Shown here piece after piece: positions 1 to 9,823 of a stretch of DNA of 44,313 bases (within the stretch, counting starts at the first letter, position 1; every line of letters starts with the position of its first letter). The stretch comes from a candidate division WOR-3 bacterium. Lineage in GTDB: Bacteria > Hydrothermota > Hydrothermia > LBFQ01 > DSFT01. The stretch is from contig CBFGJN010000009.1 of the NCBI GenBank assembly GCA_965649115.1, positions 1 to 44,313 of the forward strand, in the 5' to 3' direction. The notes beneath the pieces are model-generated. The model searched no databases and was not told the DNA's origin. It worked only from the letters and a program-made list of their open reading frames with translations. The position numbers were made by a program, and so were the translations under genes.

Positions 1-119
1 AAAATACCCATATTTCGGCTTTGCCTCCCATTAAAACCCCCTATAAAATCAAGAATTTCAGAAAACTTTTCATAAATCATTGATTATCAATTACTTAACA
101 CTATTTATTGGACAAAGCA
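1..119 (+). mobile_element. MITE-like repeat, partial copy truncated by window start
   Basis: AAAATACCCATATTTCGGC module, TATCAATTACTTA site at 85-97, right TIR ...TTATTGGACAAAGCA ending at 119. Confidence 0.75.
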
Positions 120-128
120 AATGAATTC

Positions 129-295
129 TGCTTTGTCTAGTAATTCGGAAATATAGATTATTTCTTATTTTTTCCCACCCACCCTATGAATAAGGCTTTG
201 CCCCCCTTAATCCCCCCAATAAAATCCATAATTTCAAAAAACTTTTCATAAATTATTAGCTATCAATAACTTAACACCATTTATTGGACAAAGCA
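129..295 (+). mobile_element. MITE-like repeat, internally deleted copy with 9-bp flanking direct repeat
   Basis: TIRs TGCTTTGTCTAGTAATT / ATTTATTGGACAAAGCA; AATGAATTC at 120-128 and 296-304; CCCACCCACCCT at 174-185. Confidence 0.85.
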
Positions 296-341
296 AATGA
301 ATTCGGCTTTGGGGGGCAATAATTAAAGCAAAGTTTTATTA

Positions 342-1709
342 TTAACTTTCTTTCTTTTCTTTGCATTTTACAACATCAATAGATATATTAAAAAATAGTG
401 GATTTGATTTAATGTAAATTTTGTTTTCTTTTTTCTCTATAAAGGGAGCATTTATAACAACAACATAATAATCATCATAGCTTTTAGGATTAAATTTAAA
501 ATCTACTTTTTTATTAGCATAAACTTTAAAAAATGGTAAATTAAAACCTAAGCTGACAAATTCTTGATAATTTTCATAATTAGTTGTTTTATAGTAGCTT
601 GTTTCTAAATATCCAATATCATTTGAATTTAAAACCACAATTACTGCTTCCTTACTTCTTAAAATTCCAGAAACAATTTCAAAATTTACAATTAGTGTAT
701 CATATGAACTTAACTTAAACGGTCCAAACTTATAAAAAGGTAATTGCCTTTCTTCATCTAATTGAAATTTTATTGAAGAAACTTTTATCTCTTTATAATT
801 ATAATTTTCCTTCTCACAAACAAGCTCAGATTTTCTAGGAAAATCAAAACTAATTATTTTTGTTTGGGTATCCTTATCAAATTTTTTAGGTTCATAGGTT
901 TTTTGAGCTTTCTTTGTTTGGATATTTAATGTTTCGGTTCTTGTTCTTGTTGTTTCTTTGGCAAAACTTATAAATTCTTGTATTACATTAGGAGCTTGTA
1001 AAATTTCAATTTTATTTTTATTACTTTCTGAAATTAGGAAATAATAAATGAAAATTGAAAGAAGTAAAATTGAGAAAATAGATGGAATAAGAAGTTTATA
1101 AAGACTAAACTTTTTTTCTTTAAATTCATAACCACATTCTTCACAAAATTTAGCATCTGATAGATTTTCAGATTTACATCTTGGACAAATTTTTAAAAAG
1201 CTATACCCACATTCAGGGCAAAATTTAGCATTTTGTGATATTGAACTTGAACAATTTGGACAAATTTTTATATTTCTTGTTATTTGTTCAATATAGAATT
1301 TATTTCCACATTTTTCACAAAACTTTGCATCCGTAGGATTTTCAAAACCACAGTTTAAACAAACTTTTACATTTCTTATTTGAAAACCACATTCAGGACA
1401 AAAATTCGTATTAATAGGAATTTCAAAACCACAATTAGGACAACTAAATTTATACTCAATATCGGGCAAAACTTTAAGCTTTTCTATTTCTTTTTCATTT
1501 AATTCCTTAGCAATAACATTACCTTCTTTCCACTTTTTAATTTTTTCAAGCTCCTTAGAACCAACACCCCAAGTGCTATCAACTTCCTTTATTCTTCCAT
1601 CTATAAATGCCACCCTAACAACACCACCTTCTGGTCCAATAAAAATTAATCTTCCCGTCCATTTTGAATTTATGGCTTTTTGAATTTCACTATTAAAGTC
1701 AGTTTTCAT
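342..1709 (-). CDS. DUF4388/PATAN-like domain + four zinc ribbons + TM helix + C-terminal beta-sandwich domain
   Basis: N-terminal TGRLIF..VRVAFIDGRI pattern; 4x CxxC-x10-CxxC; hydrophobic LLIPSIFSILLLSIFIYYFLI. Confidence 0.7.
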   Translation of the reverse strand: MKTDFNSEIQKAINSKWTGRLIFIGPEGGVVRVAFIDGRIKEVDSTWGVGSKELEKIKKWKEGNVIAKELNEKEIEKLKVLPDIEYKFSCPNCGFEIPINTNFCPECGFQIRNVKVCLNCGFENPTDAKFCEKCGNKFYIEQITRNIKICPNCSSSISQNAKFCPECGYSFLKICPRCKSENLSDAKFCEECGYEFKEKKFSLYKLLIPSIFSILLLSIFIYYFLISESNKNKIEILQAPNVIQEFISFAKETTRTRTETLNIQTKKAQKTYEPKKFDKDTQTKIISFDFPRKSELVCEKENYNYKEIKVSSIKFQLDEERQLPFYKFGPFKLSSYDTLIVNFEIVSGILRSKEAVIVVLNSNDIGYLETSYYKTTNYENYQEFVSLGFNLPFFKVYANKKVDFKFNPKSYDDYYVVVINAPFIEKKENKIYIKSNPLFFNISIDVVKCKEKKES

Positions 1710-1736
1710 TTACGAAATTTTAAAGGATAGAAAATT

Positions 1737-1788
1737 TAATGTGTCCAAAAATAAGGCGGAGCCTTATAAATACCCCGTATTTCGGCAG
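1737..1788 (+). repeat. Degenerate fragment of the MITE-like repeat
   Basis: TIR-like TAATGTGTCCAAAAAT, hairpin ATAAGGC-GGA-GCCTTAT, AAATACCCCGTATTTCGGC module. Confidence 0.65.
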
Positions 1789-1807
1789 GAAGCTGATAAA
1801 ATGACCA

Positions 1808-2923
1808 TCATTTTTTGACAGTGGAGGCGAAAGCAAATCCAAGTAGAAAGTTATTTAAGTTTAGGTTTTTGTTTTTAAAAATTCCAAAAATTATTTTTGT
1901 TTTAAAAAAATTTTCTGAAAAATAAAATGAATAAGAATATGAACTATTTAATAATTCATCTAAATAAACTTTCACAGAAAATTGCCTAAATTGAACATTG
2001 ATTTCAAAAATATCTTCAAAATTTCTCTTTATAAAATAATAAAAAAAACCAAAATAGCTGTCTTTATAGCCGAGAGCAATAGAAAATGGAAATTTCCCAG
2101 TATTATCAAAATTATAATCTGGACTATTGAAGTAATTTAAATCAAATTTATGAATAGATAGTGATTTTAAACAAAATTGACTACAAATAAAAAATTCAAT
2201 TTTCATAATTTCAGGTGTCCATCTATTTTCAGCAGATTTTCCTTCAATATCAAAATTCAAAAAGTTATAACCAAACTTTGAGAAATAAACAACATTATAA
2301 GATGAATTTGAAAAATTTAGATTAATTAAATTATAAAATTCAAAAATATCAAATTGCTTCTTAAAGCCAAAACCAAAAAATTGGATATTCTTTTCATCTT
2401 TATTATACACTGACATCATATCCATTCTTCTTTCAAATCCATAATAAATAGGATAGTCAAATCTAATTTGAAAGTTTTGCTTAAAAATTTTATCTTCGGT
2501 TAAAATTAAAAGATAATAAATTTTAAACTGTTTATAATTACTTTTTAAGCCTAAACCAAGGAGATAATTTTGATTATCATAAGATGTTTTAAATGGCGAT
2601 ACAACGTGACCAAAAATAAATCTAAAATTATTTAAATTAAATCCAACTCCAATTAAATCCCATCTTCTGTTATCATAAGCATTTTTATCAATACCATTTT
2701 CGCAATTATGAATGTAATATATGAAAAATTTTTTAAAATAATAAAATCCCTCCCAATAAAATGAAAAATGCGATGGAGAAATATATTTAAAATCTTTTCT
2801 TCCAAAATAAATTCTATTCCAAAAATTAATTTCTAAATTTTTATTTTTATAAGCATTAGTTTCAAATTCAAAAAATAATTTATAACCTAATTCATTATTT
2901 AAAAGCAAATTAAAAAATAACAA
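1808..2923 (-). CDS. Hypothetical protein, possible outer-membrane beta-barrel
   Basis: 371 aa ORF, aromatic-rich with alternating hydrophobic strands; abuts the upstream gene. Confidence 0.5.
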   Translation of the reverse strand: MLFFNLLLNNELGYKLFFEFETNAYKNKNLEINFWNRIYFGRKDFKYISPSHFSFYWEGFYYFKKFFIYYIHNCENGIDKNAYDNRRWDLIGVGFNLNNFRFIFGHVVSPFKTSYDNQNYLLGLGLKSNYKQFKIYYLLILTEDKIFKQNFQIRFDYPIYYGFERRMDMMSVYNKDEKNIQFFGFGFKKQFDIFEFYNLINLNFSNSSYNVVYFSKFGYNFLNFDIEGKSAENRWTPEIMKIEFFICSQFCLKSLSIHKFDLNYFNSPDYNFDNTGKFPFSIALGYKDSYFGFFYYFIKRNFEDIFEINVQFRQFSVKVYLDELLNSSYSYSFYFSENFFKTKIIFGIFKNKNLNLNNFLLGFAFASTVKK

Positions 2924-4486
2924 CTATGGTTGTTGAGCGGTTTGAACACAACCACAGTCAACCTTAGGCTGAAATTGATAACTAACAGTTATAGCAACAT
3001 TTTCCTCACCACAACCACTATTGGAGAATTTATATTGAATAGGAAATGTATAAGTAAATGTTTTAAAGCTTCTTAATTTATTCAAATCAATAGGAATTAA
3101 TGAAGTTATATAAACAGGATAATCACCAAATTTAACTCTATTCCCAATAATTTTTGCTCCTATTAAATCAAATAAATCATGAATTTCATTTATTGAACTT
3201 TTCATATCAAGACCTTGAAAGAAATACCCAAGTTCAGTAATTCCTTCATTTTTATTATCAAAACCTACAACAAAAATACTATCAATTGACTTATCATTTG
3301 TCGTCCAAGGATCTAAAATTCCACAGTCAGAATACTTAACATTTAAAACATCGGCCGGTTTGATACCTATACCACTAATAAATCCATCACTAATCCAATC
3401 AGCATCAGCAACTTTCATACCTTCCATAAATATACTTTTAGAAATTTTTCTTTCACAATTTGCTTTTAAATGAAGTTGATATTTATTTGTAAATTCAAGA
3501 TTTATATTTTTGCCTTGGAATTTCCAATTTTCAACAACATCCCAAGCAAGAGGTGCTTCAACAGTAAATTTTGTTTGATTTGCTTGAACTGAACCCTCAG
3601 ATATATTTCCCCTTGGACACATATAAGCAAATTGCATATTAACATCTATTTTACCAGTAAGATCAAACTTATCACAAGACGGCAATTCAACAATAAATTC
3701 AGGATTATCAGATCTTACATAATAAAAACCATTACCAAGTTCAGGAGCATTTGTAACCTTCCCATTATCAAGTTTTATAGCAAAACCTGTATTCATTCCG
3801 AGATAGTCAAAAACATTATCACCATAATAATTGATAGCTCTTTTAACTTTAATTCTTGCAAATTTAACTTCTCTTATATTTGGCTGTTTAGGACTAACTT
3901 CAATTTCAATATTTCTTGGATATTCTGTATTTCTAATTATTACAGCTAAATAATCTCTATTTCCAGCAAAGTTTATATATTGTGTTGAAAGATTATAAAT
4001 AAGTTTTATGAGTGCTTGTATAACATTCTGTTTTGCTTCATTTGAAGGAACATAGGTTGATAGTTCTCTATATATCTTTTTAGTTCTTGTATTTATAAGA
4101 AATCCATAAATGCTAACCCCCCTAACATCTTCACCTACAATAACATCAAAAAGAAATTCAGCACTTTGAGGAATTGATAATGTACTTAAAAATGTCTCAG
4201 GATTTCTTGGATTTCTACCAACAAGTTGAACAAATTCATCTCTATCAATTCTTTTTAGATTCTTCCCAACATTAGTAAGAGACTTATCAATAAGTGTATC
4301 CATCTTTGTAAGAACAGCATTTAAACTCCTTTGAATTTCAGCTTCACCACCTCTTATACTTCTTGCTATAACACCATTAGGATCAACAAAAACCCTTAGA
4401 TTATAATATACAGAAGGTTTTGGACAAAGTTGTTGAGCATAATTTATACCAATAGCAGTTATCCAAACAAAAAGAATCTTCCTCAT
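2924..4486 (-). CDS. Secreted hypothetical protein, possible CsgG/TolB-N-like N-terminal domain
   Basis: Signal peptide MRKILFVWITAIGINYA/QQ; NLKRIDR...AEFLFDVIV...LINTRTKKI pattern; several Cys. Confidence 0.55.
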   Translation of the reverse strand: MRKILFVWITAIGINYAQQLCPKPSVYYNLRVFVDPNGVIARSIRGGEAEIQRSLNAVLTKMDTLIDKSLTNVGKNLKRIDRDEFVQLVGRNPRNPETFLSTLSIPQSAEFLFDVIVGEDVRGVSIYGFLINTRTKKIYRELSTYVPSNEAKQNVIQALIKLIYNLSTQYINFAGNRDYLAVIIRNTEYPRNIEIEVSPKQPNIREVKFARIKVKRAINYYGDNVFDYLGMNTGFAIKLDNGKVTNAPELGNGFYYVRSDNPEFIVELPSCDKFDLTGKIDVNMQFAYMCPRGNISEGSVQANQTKFTVEAPLAWDVVENWKFQGKNINLEFTNKYQLHLKANCERKISKSIFMEGMKVADADWISDGFISGIGIKPADVLNVKYSDCGILDPWTTNDKSIDSIFVVGFDNKNEGITELGYFFQGLDMKSSINEIHDLFDLIGAKIIGNRVKFGDYPVYITSLIPIDLNKLRSFKTFTYTFPIQYKFSNSGCGEENVAITVSYQFQPKVDCGCVQTAQQP

Positions 4487-4522
4487 AATGAAAATTTTAA
4501 AGGATAATAAGCAAATAATTTC

Positions 4523-4860
4523 TGCACTTGTCTAGTAATTAAGCCTTCCGCTTTAAAAAAACCCTAACTTTTGCCTTCGGAGGGGCATAGCTCCCCTTAT
4601 CCCCCATTAAAGCAATAATTTTCTTGAAATTTTAATTGATAATCAAGGACTTAACATTATTTAATGGCTTATTGCTGTATCTAATAATTCTAAAAGTATC
4701 TATTTTTCTTTATTTTCCCACCCACCCTAAATATAAGCGGATGGCTTTAAAATACCCATATTTATGCCTTGGGGGGCTTCGCCCCCCTTAATTCCTCCTG
4801 TAAAATTAATAATTCTCTTAAAATTTTTATAAGTCCTTACACTAATTACTAGACAAAGCA
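4523..4860 (+). mobile_element. Two tandem MITE-like repeat copies (about 4523-4667 and 4673-4860), further fragment to about 4930
   Basis: TIR-like TGCACTTGTCTAGTAATT and TGCTGTATCTAATAATT; end AATTACTAGACAAAGCA; CCCACCCACCCT 4717-4728; hairpin GGGGGGC-TTC-GCCCCCC 4771-4787. Confidence 0.8.
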
Positions 4861-4967
4861 ATTTTCAGCAGTGGGAGGCTTTGCCCCCATAAATTTAATA
4901 GTTTCTTTGAGATTTTTATAGGTCAATGGCATAGGATATAAATTTAAGCCTTAAAATTTTTGCTTTA

Positions 4968-7900
4968 ATGATAAGGGGTTATTTACTATCTGACTACATA
5001 ATTGATGAGATAAAGAAAAAAGATATAAGTCTCCATCAAAAATCTAAAAGTTTCTTTGATATTGTTAATGATATTAAATCTAACAATTTTAGTGAGGCAG
5101 ATATTAGAGAGAAAGTTGTTGAAATGCTTAAAATTCTTGGATATAATGAATTTATTAGAGAGTATAGTATAAGTAATTTGATGAGAATTGACATTATTGC
5201 TGATAATAAAATTGTTGTTGAATGCAAAAGGAAAGGAGTTGAATTTGATAAGAAAGAAATAAGCGGTAAAAGTCCTGCTAAACAAATTAGAAATTATTTG
5301 TTTGATGAAGAAGTTAAAAAATTTACTAACTTTGGAATTTTAACAGATGGAATAAAATTTAGAATTTATTATGCTAATAAACTTTCTGAATATGTTGAGT
5401 TTGATTTTGAAGAAATAAATGAAGACGAATTTAAAGTGTTTTATTATTTATTGAATGAAAGAGATTTTCCTGATAATTTCCTTAATGCCTTAAATGAAAA
5501 TTATTACTATCAAACAAGAGTTTCAGATGAATTATTAAAGAATGTTTTTGAGCGTATTATTCCCCTTTTAGCAAGTCAATTTTACAAAAATGAGACAAAT
5601 TTAGAAAAGCTTAAAAGATATGTTTTAATTTTTCTTTTTAGATTGTTGTTTATATTTTATGCAGAAGATAGAAATTTGATTGATTTAAGAGCTTATTCAC
5701 TAAAAGATATTAGAAGGAGAATAAATGAATTTAAGTCAGATAAAACTTGTGAAATTTTTCAGAGAATAAAAACAATTTTTAAGCTAATAAATGAAGGTGA
5801 TAAAGAGCTAAATCTACCAAGGTACAACGGTGGTTTGTTTAAAGACAATGAATTTTATAACAGTTTGGAGATTAGTGATAAGATTATGAGTGAAATTATT
5901 TATAAGCTTTCGTATTTTGAAAATAAACTTATAAACTACAAGGATATTTCAGTTAGACACTTAGGTTCAATATATGAAACTATTTTGGACTTTGATTTGA
6001 AGTTTTCTAATTACTTCTACTTAGAGAAGGGAAATGAGAGGAAAGTTGGTGGTGTTTATTATACACCTGAATTTGTTGTGAATTTTATAATTGAAAAAAC
6101 TATTGGAAGAAAGGTTGAAGAGATTTTGAGTGATTTTAAGAAAAAATTTGATGAAATTGAAAAAATGAACAAATCAGATTTGTTAAAGAAATTTAAAGAA
6201 TTAGGTTTAGACCCAAAGAAAAAAGAGGAAGATGGATATAAAGATAAAACCGAAAGAGAAATGAAAAGAGAACTTAAAAATTACTATGATCCAATTAGAA
6301 GAATTCTTAATTTGAAAATTCTTGATTTGGCAAGTGGTTCAGGACACTTTCTTGTTTCAGCTATTGATTATTTATCTAACAAAATTGAAGAAATTGAATA
6401 TATTTTAGAGAAGGACTATAACTTTAAGAGTTCATTTTTTGATGAGCTTGAAGAAATTAGAAATGAAATTGTTGAGTATAGCAAAATGTTCAATTTTAAC
6501 CTTAAAAAAGAGCAAATATATGATGAAAATCTTATTAAAAGGGTTATTCTTAAAAGATGTATTTATGGAGTTGATATAAATGAATTAGCTGTTGAATTAA
6601 CAAAAATATCTTTGTGGTTGTTTTCATTTACAATTGGAGCACCTTTATCATTTTTAGACCATCATATAAAATCTGGTAATTCAATTATTGGGACAGGAAT
6701 AAATGTGAGTAGTGATTTACTATCATCTAATCTGTTAGAGCAAGCTAAGAGAATGTTTAATGAGATAAATGGTTTTTATGATATAACTGACATTGAAAAG
6801 TCTTATGAAATTTACAGTCATTTTGAAGAGTTTATAAGTGAGAAAAGGAAAAATTTGAATTATAATTTAGGTTATAAAGAAGACCTAAAACCATTTCATT
6901 TTATCCTTGAGTTTCCTGATGCTGTTGATGGTTTTGATGTTATTATTTCTAATCCACCTTATGTCAGGCAGGAAAGAATTAAAGAATTTAAAAGCTATTT
7001 GAAGAAAGACTTTGATAATGTTTTTCTATCTACTGCTGATATTTATGTTTATTTTTATCATAGAGCTTTAAACTTATTAAAAGATGGTGGTTATTTGGGC
7101 TTTATAACTTCAAATAAGTTTTTTAGGGCAAAATATGGTGAAAAGTTAAGGGATTTTTTAAGTAAATTTAAAATTCTTGATGTTATTGATTTTGGTGGTT
7201 ATAGAGTTTTTAAGTCTGCTACTGTTGATACTGCTATTTTGATAATCAAAAAAGAAAGAAATTTATTTGATAATAAGGTTAATGCCCTGTCAGTTAGTGA
7301 TAATTCAATTGTTTTTGAAGATGGATTAACTATTGAAGAAAAGGTTAAAGTTAGAAATAAAGGCAAGAAGATATTTAAAATTGTTGATTACTTTGAAAGC
7401 AATAAAATTGTTTTAAGCCAAAGTAAAAACTTTAACAAGAACATATTTTTGATAGCTGATAGTAAAGTTATAAGTTTGAAAGAGAAGATAGAAAAAATTG
7501 GAAAGCCACTGAAAGATTGGGATGTGAATATTTATTATGGAATTAAAACCGGCTTTAACGATGCCTTTATAATAGACACGGAGACAAGAAACAAAATTTT
7601 AGCAAACTGTAAGACTGAGGAGGAAAGAAAAAGAACAGAAGAGATAATAAAGAAGGTTTTGAAAGGAAGGGATATTGAAAAGTGGAGGTATAAGTGGGCG
7701 GGACTATGGGTTATTTTGGCTAAATTTGGCTTTTATAAAGAGGCACACCTTTACCCTTCCGTTGTTGAACATTTATCAAAATACGAAAAACAACTCAAAG
7801 CAAGGGGACAATGTCGCTATACGAGGGGTGGAAAAGCCAATAAAAATAAGGATTACCCCGGCCAACACCACTGGCTTGAACTTGATAACAATCCAACAGA

Positions 7901-8363
7901 TGATTTTCTAAAAGAATTTGAAAAGGAAAAGATTGTGTGGCAAAGGGTGACTCAACAATTCGCGTTTTGTTTAACACCGAAGGGTATGTATGTTCTTGAC
8001 TCTATGGCTTTTATGGTTGGGAATAATCTTCGCTTTTTAATAGGTGTGCTAAATTCTCGCCCCATTGATTATTATGTTAAAACTTATGTTCATCAATATG
8101 CCGATAAGGGCTTTCTGCTTTCCAATCAATATGTAGAACGCATTCCCATTCCCCCCATCACTTCTCAAAACCAGCCCATAGTCAAACAAATAGAAGACCT
8201 TGTCTCTCAAATCCTTTCTATTGCTCAATCTCCTGATTACGAAAATAACTCTGAAAAACAAGCCCAAGTTAAAGACCTTGAAGAACAAATAGACAGGCTT
8301 GTTTATAAATTGTATGACTTAACGGCAGAAGAAATAAAAATAATTGAAGGAGAGATAAAATGA
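4968..8363 (+). CDS. Type IIG (Eco57I/TaqI-like) fused restriction endonuclease / N6-adenine methyltransferase
   Basis: N-terminal PD-(D/E)xK-like RIDII..VVECK and ILTDG; YYTP, motif I ILDLASGSGHF, motif IV NPPY; C-terminal TaqI_C-like TRD; LVYKLYDLT tail. Confidence 0.9.
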   Translation: MIRGYLLSDYIIDEIKKKDISLHQKSKSFFDIVNDIKSNNFSEADIREKVVEMLKILGYNEFIREYSISNLMRIDIIADNKIVVECKRKGVEFDKKEISGKSPAKQIRNYLFDEEVKKFTNFGILTDGIKFRIYYANKLSEYVEFDFEEINEDEFKVFYYLLNERDFPDNFLNALNENYYYQTRVSDELLKNVFERIIPLLASQFYKNETNLEKLKRYVLIFLFRLLFIFYAEDRNLIDLRAYSLKDIRRRINEFKSDKTCEIFQRIKTIFKLINEGDKELNLPRYNGGLFKDNEFYNSLEISDKIMSEIIYKLSYFENKLINYKDISVRHLGSIYETILDFDLKFSNYFYLEKGNERKVGGVYYTPEFVVNFIIEKTIGRKVEEILSDFKKKFDEIEKMNKSDLLKKFKELGLDPKKKEEDGYKDKTEREMKRELKNYYDPIRRILNLKILDLASGSGHFLVSAIDYLSNKIEEIEYILEKDYNFKSSFFDELEEIRNEIVEYSKMFNFNLKKEQIYDENLIKRVILKRCIYGVDINELAVELTKISLWLFSFTIGAPLSFLDHHIKSGNSIIGTGINVSSDLLSSNLLEQAKRMFNEINGFYDITDIEKSYEIYSHFEEFISEKRKNLNYNLGYKEDLKPFHFILEFPDAVDGFDVIISNPPYVRQERIKEFKSYLKKDFDNVFLSTADIYVYFYHRALNLLKDGGYLGFITSNKFFRAKYGEKLRDFLSKFKILDVIDFGGYRVFKSATVDTAILIIKKERNLFDNKVNALSVSDNSIVFEDGLTIEEKVKVRNKGKKIFKIVDYFESNKIVLSQSKNFNKNIFLIADSKVISLKEKIEKIGKPLKDWDVNIYYGIKTGFNDAFIIDTETRNKILANCKTEEERKRTEEIIKKVLKGRDIEKWRYKWAGLWVILAKFGFYKEAHLYPSVVEHLSKYEKQLKARGQCRYTRGGKANKNKDYPGQHHWLELDNNPTDDFLKEFEKEKIVWQRVTQQFAFCLTPKGMYVLDSMAFMVGNNLRFLIGVLNSRPIDYYVKTYVHQYADKGFLLSNQYVERIPIPPITSQNQPIVKQIEDLVSQILSIAQSPDYENNSEKQAQVKDLEEQIDRLVYKLYDLTAEEIKIIEGEIK

Positions 8364-8614
8364 GAAAAGAAACTTCAAGATTTAAAATTTATTCAGCTTT
8401 GAAAGAAATACTTGAGGCTAATCCATCTGGGTTGAGATATTCAGATATTGTGAAGAAGATAAAGGAAAAACTTCCAGAAATCCCTGTCAATACAATATAC
8501 GGGACATTATGGAAAATTAGGCAAAATATAGCTGAAGGTAAGGAGAAAGAAATAGCACAACGGGAAAGAGGATCTTATATTTTACATAAGTATCTTACAG
8601 AGTCCAATAAATGA
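8360..8614 (+). CDS. Small winged-HTH protein coupled to the RM gene; possibly a truncated nuclease N-terminus
   Basis: ATGA overlap and AAGGAG SD; EILEANPSGLRYSDIVKKI..PVNTIYGTL pattern. Confidence 0.6.
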   Translation: MRKETSRFKIYSALKEILEANPSGLRYSDIVKKIKEKLPEIPVNTIYGTLWKIRQNIAEGKEKEIAQRERGSYILHKYLTESNK

Positions 8615-8692
8615 TAAATTGTAGGTTTGATGGGGGGCTTATTAGGGTGAACTGCTGAAATAAAGAAAACTTTAAAATTTTAGCTACAATTT

Positions 8693-9823
8693 ATGAATAA
8701 AAAAGTTCTCGTTATTGGTTGTGGAACGATGGGAAGAGGCATAATTGCTCTATTTCTAAAAAATAATTATTTTGTTCAAATTTATGATGAAAATAAAGAA
8801 GCTATTGAAAAAACGATAAATTTTCTTAATGAAAATGTTGAAAACTATTTAAAAAATTTAAAAATTTTATCAAATTTAAACGAAATTGACAAAGAAACAG
8901 ACTTTGTAATTGAAGCAATTATTGAAAATTTTGAAGAAAAATTCAAATTATTTAAAATTTTAGAACCATTACTAAAAAGAAATGCCATTATTTCCACTAA
9001 TACTTCTTCGCTTTCAATAAATGAACTTTCCCAAGCACTAAATTATAAAGATAGATTTCTTGGTGTTCATTTTTTTAATCCACCACTTATTATGAAACTT
9101 GTTGAAATTGTTCTGTCAAATTGGACAAGTCAAAACTTTCTAGAAAAAACGATAGAGATTATTAAAAGTCTTTCAAAAGAAATTGTAATTTGTAAAGATA
9201 GTCCAGGATTTATTGTAAATAGAATTGCAAGACCATTTTATCTCTCTGCTTTAAGAATGTACGAAAGTGGAATTGATTTTAAACTAATTGATAAAGTTAT
9301 GAAAGTTATAGGTTTTAAAATGGGTCCATTTGAATTGATGGATTTAATTGGAATTGATATTAATTTTAGTGTTAGTAAAATTATTTATGAAAAGACTGGT
9401 CTTGAAAGACTTAAACCTTCAAAAATTCAAGAAGAAATGATTAAAAAAGGGTTTCTTGGTATAAAAACAAATAAAGGATTTTACGAATATCCAAGAAATT
9501 ATGAAAAGTTTAATTTCAAGATAAAATTGAAATTTTTTGGATTGTACGAAATAGAAAATTTCAAATTTTTTACAATCGGTTATGGAGCAGAAATTTTTGA
9601 TTATGAAAATGAAAATCAAGCAATAGAAAAAATTAAAAGCTTAGGATTTGAACATTTTGTTATACACAATTATAAATTCTCAATAGCAAAAAAAATTATT
9701 GATGAAATTGTCTTTGAAGCAAAAGAAGTTTATAGAAGTAATATAGCAAGTAAAGAAGATATTAATAAAGCTATGAAGCTTGGAACAAATTATCCATTTG
9801 ATGTAATAGGTGACTTTGAATGA
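8693..9823 (+). CDS. 3-hydroxyacyl-CoA dehydrogenase (PaaH/Hbd family)
   Basis: GCGTMGRGIA Rossmann motif, EAIIE, TNTSSL, HFFNP, PGFIVNR, MGPFELMDLIGID. Confidence 0.92.
   Translation: MNKKVLVIGCGTMGRGIIALFLKNNYFVQIYDENKEAIEKTINFLNENVENYLKNLKILSNLNEIDKETDFVIEAIIENFEEKFKLFKILEPLLKRNAIISTNTSSLSINELSQALNYKDRFLGVHFFNPPLIMKLVEIVLSNWTSQNFLEKTIEIIKSLSKEIVICKDSPGFIVNRIARPFYLSALRMYESGIDFKLIDKVMKVIGFKMGPFELMDLIGIDINFSVSKIIYEKTGLERLKPSKIQEEMIKKGFLGIKTNKGFYEYPRNYEKFNFKIKLKFFGLYEIENFKFFTIGYGAEIFDYENENQAIEKIKSLGFEHFVIHNYKFSIAKKIIDEIVFEAKEVYRSNIASKEDINKAMKLGTNYPFDVIGDFE

Noticed and set aside
1..304. Tandem repeated segments suggesting a CRISPR array
   Set aside because: Units are long, degenerate and similar throughout, with no unique spacers and no cas genes; a TIR element explains them better.
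3632..3949. Antisense or nested short ORFs (e.g. 4986..5285, 18683..19030, 29588..30016, 43008..43259)
   Set aside because: Shadow ORFs of well-supported genes, with no recognisable motifs.
4500..8690. RM locus as an integrated island or composite transposon
   Set aside because: No integrase or att repeats; the right side has only a weak remnant (GGGGGGCTTATTAGGGTG near 8632-8649) and no matching flanking duplication.
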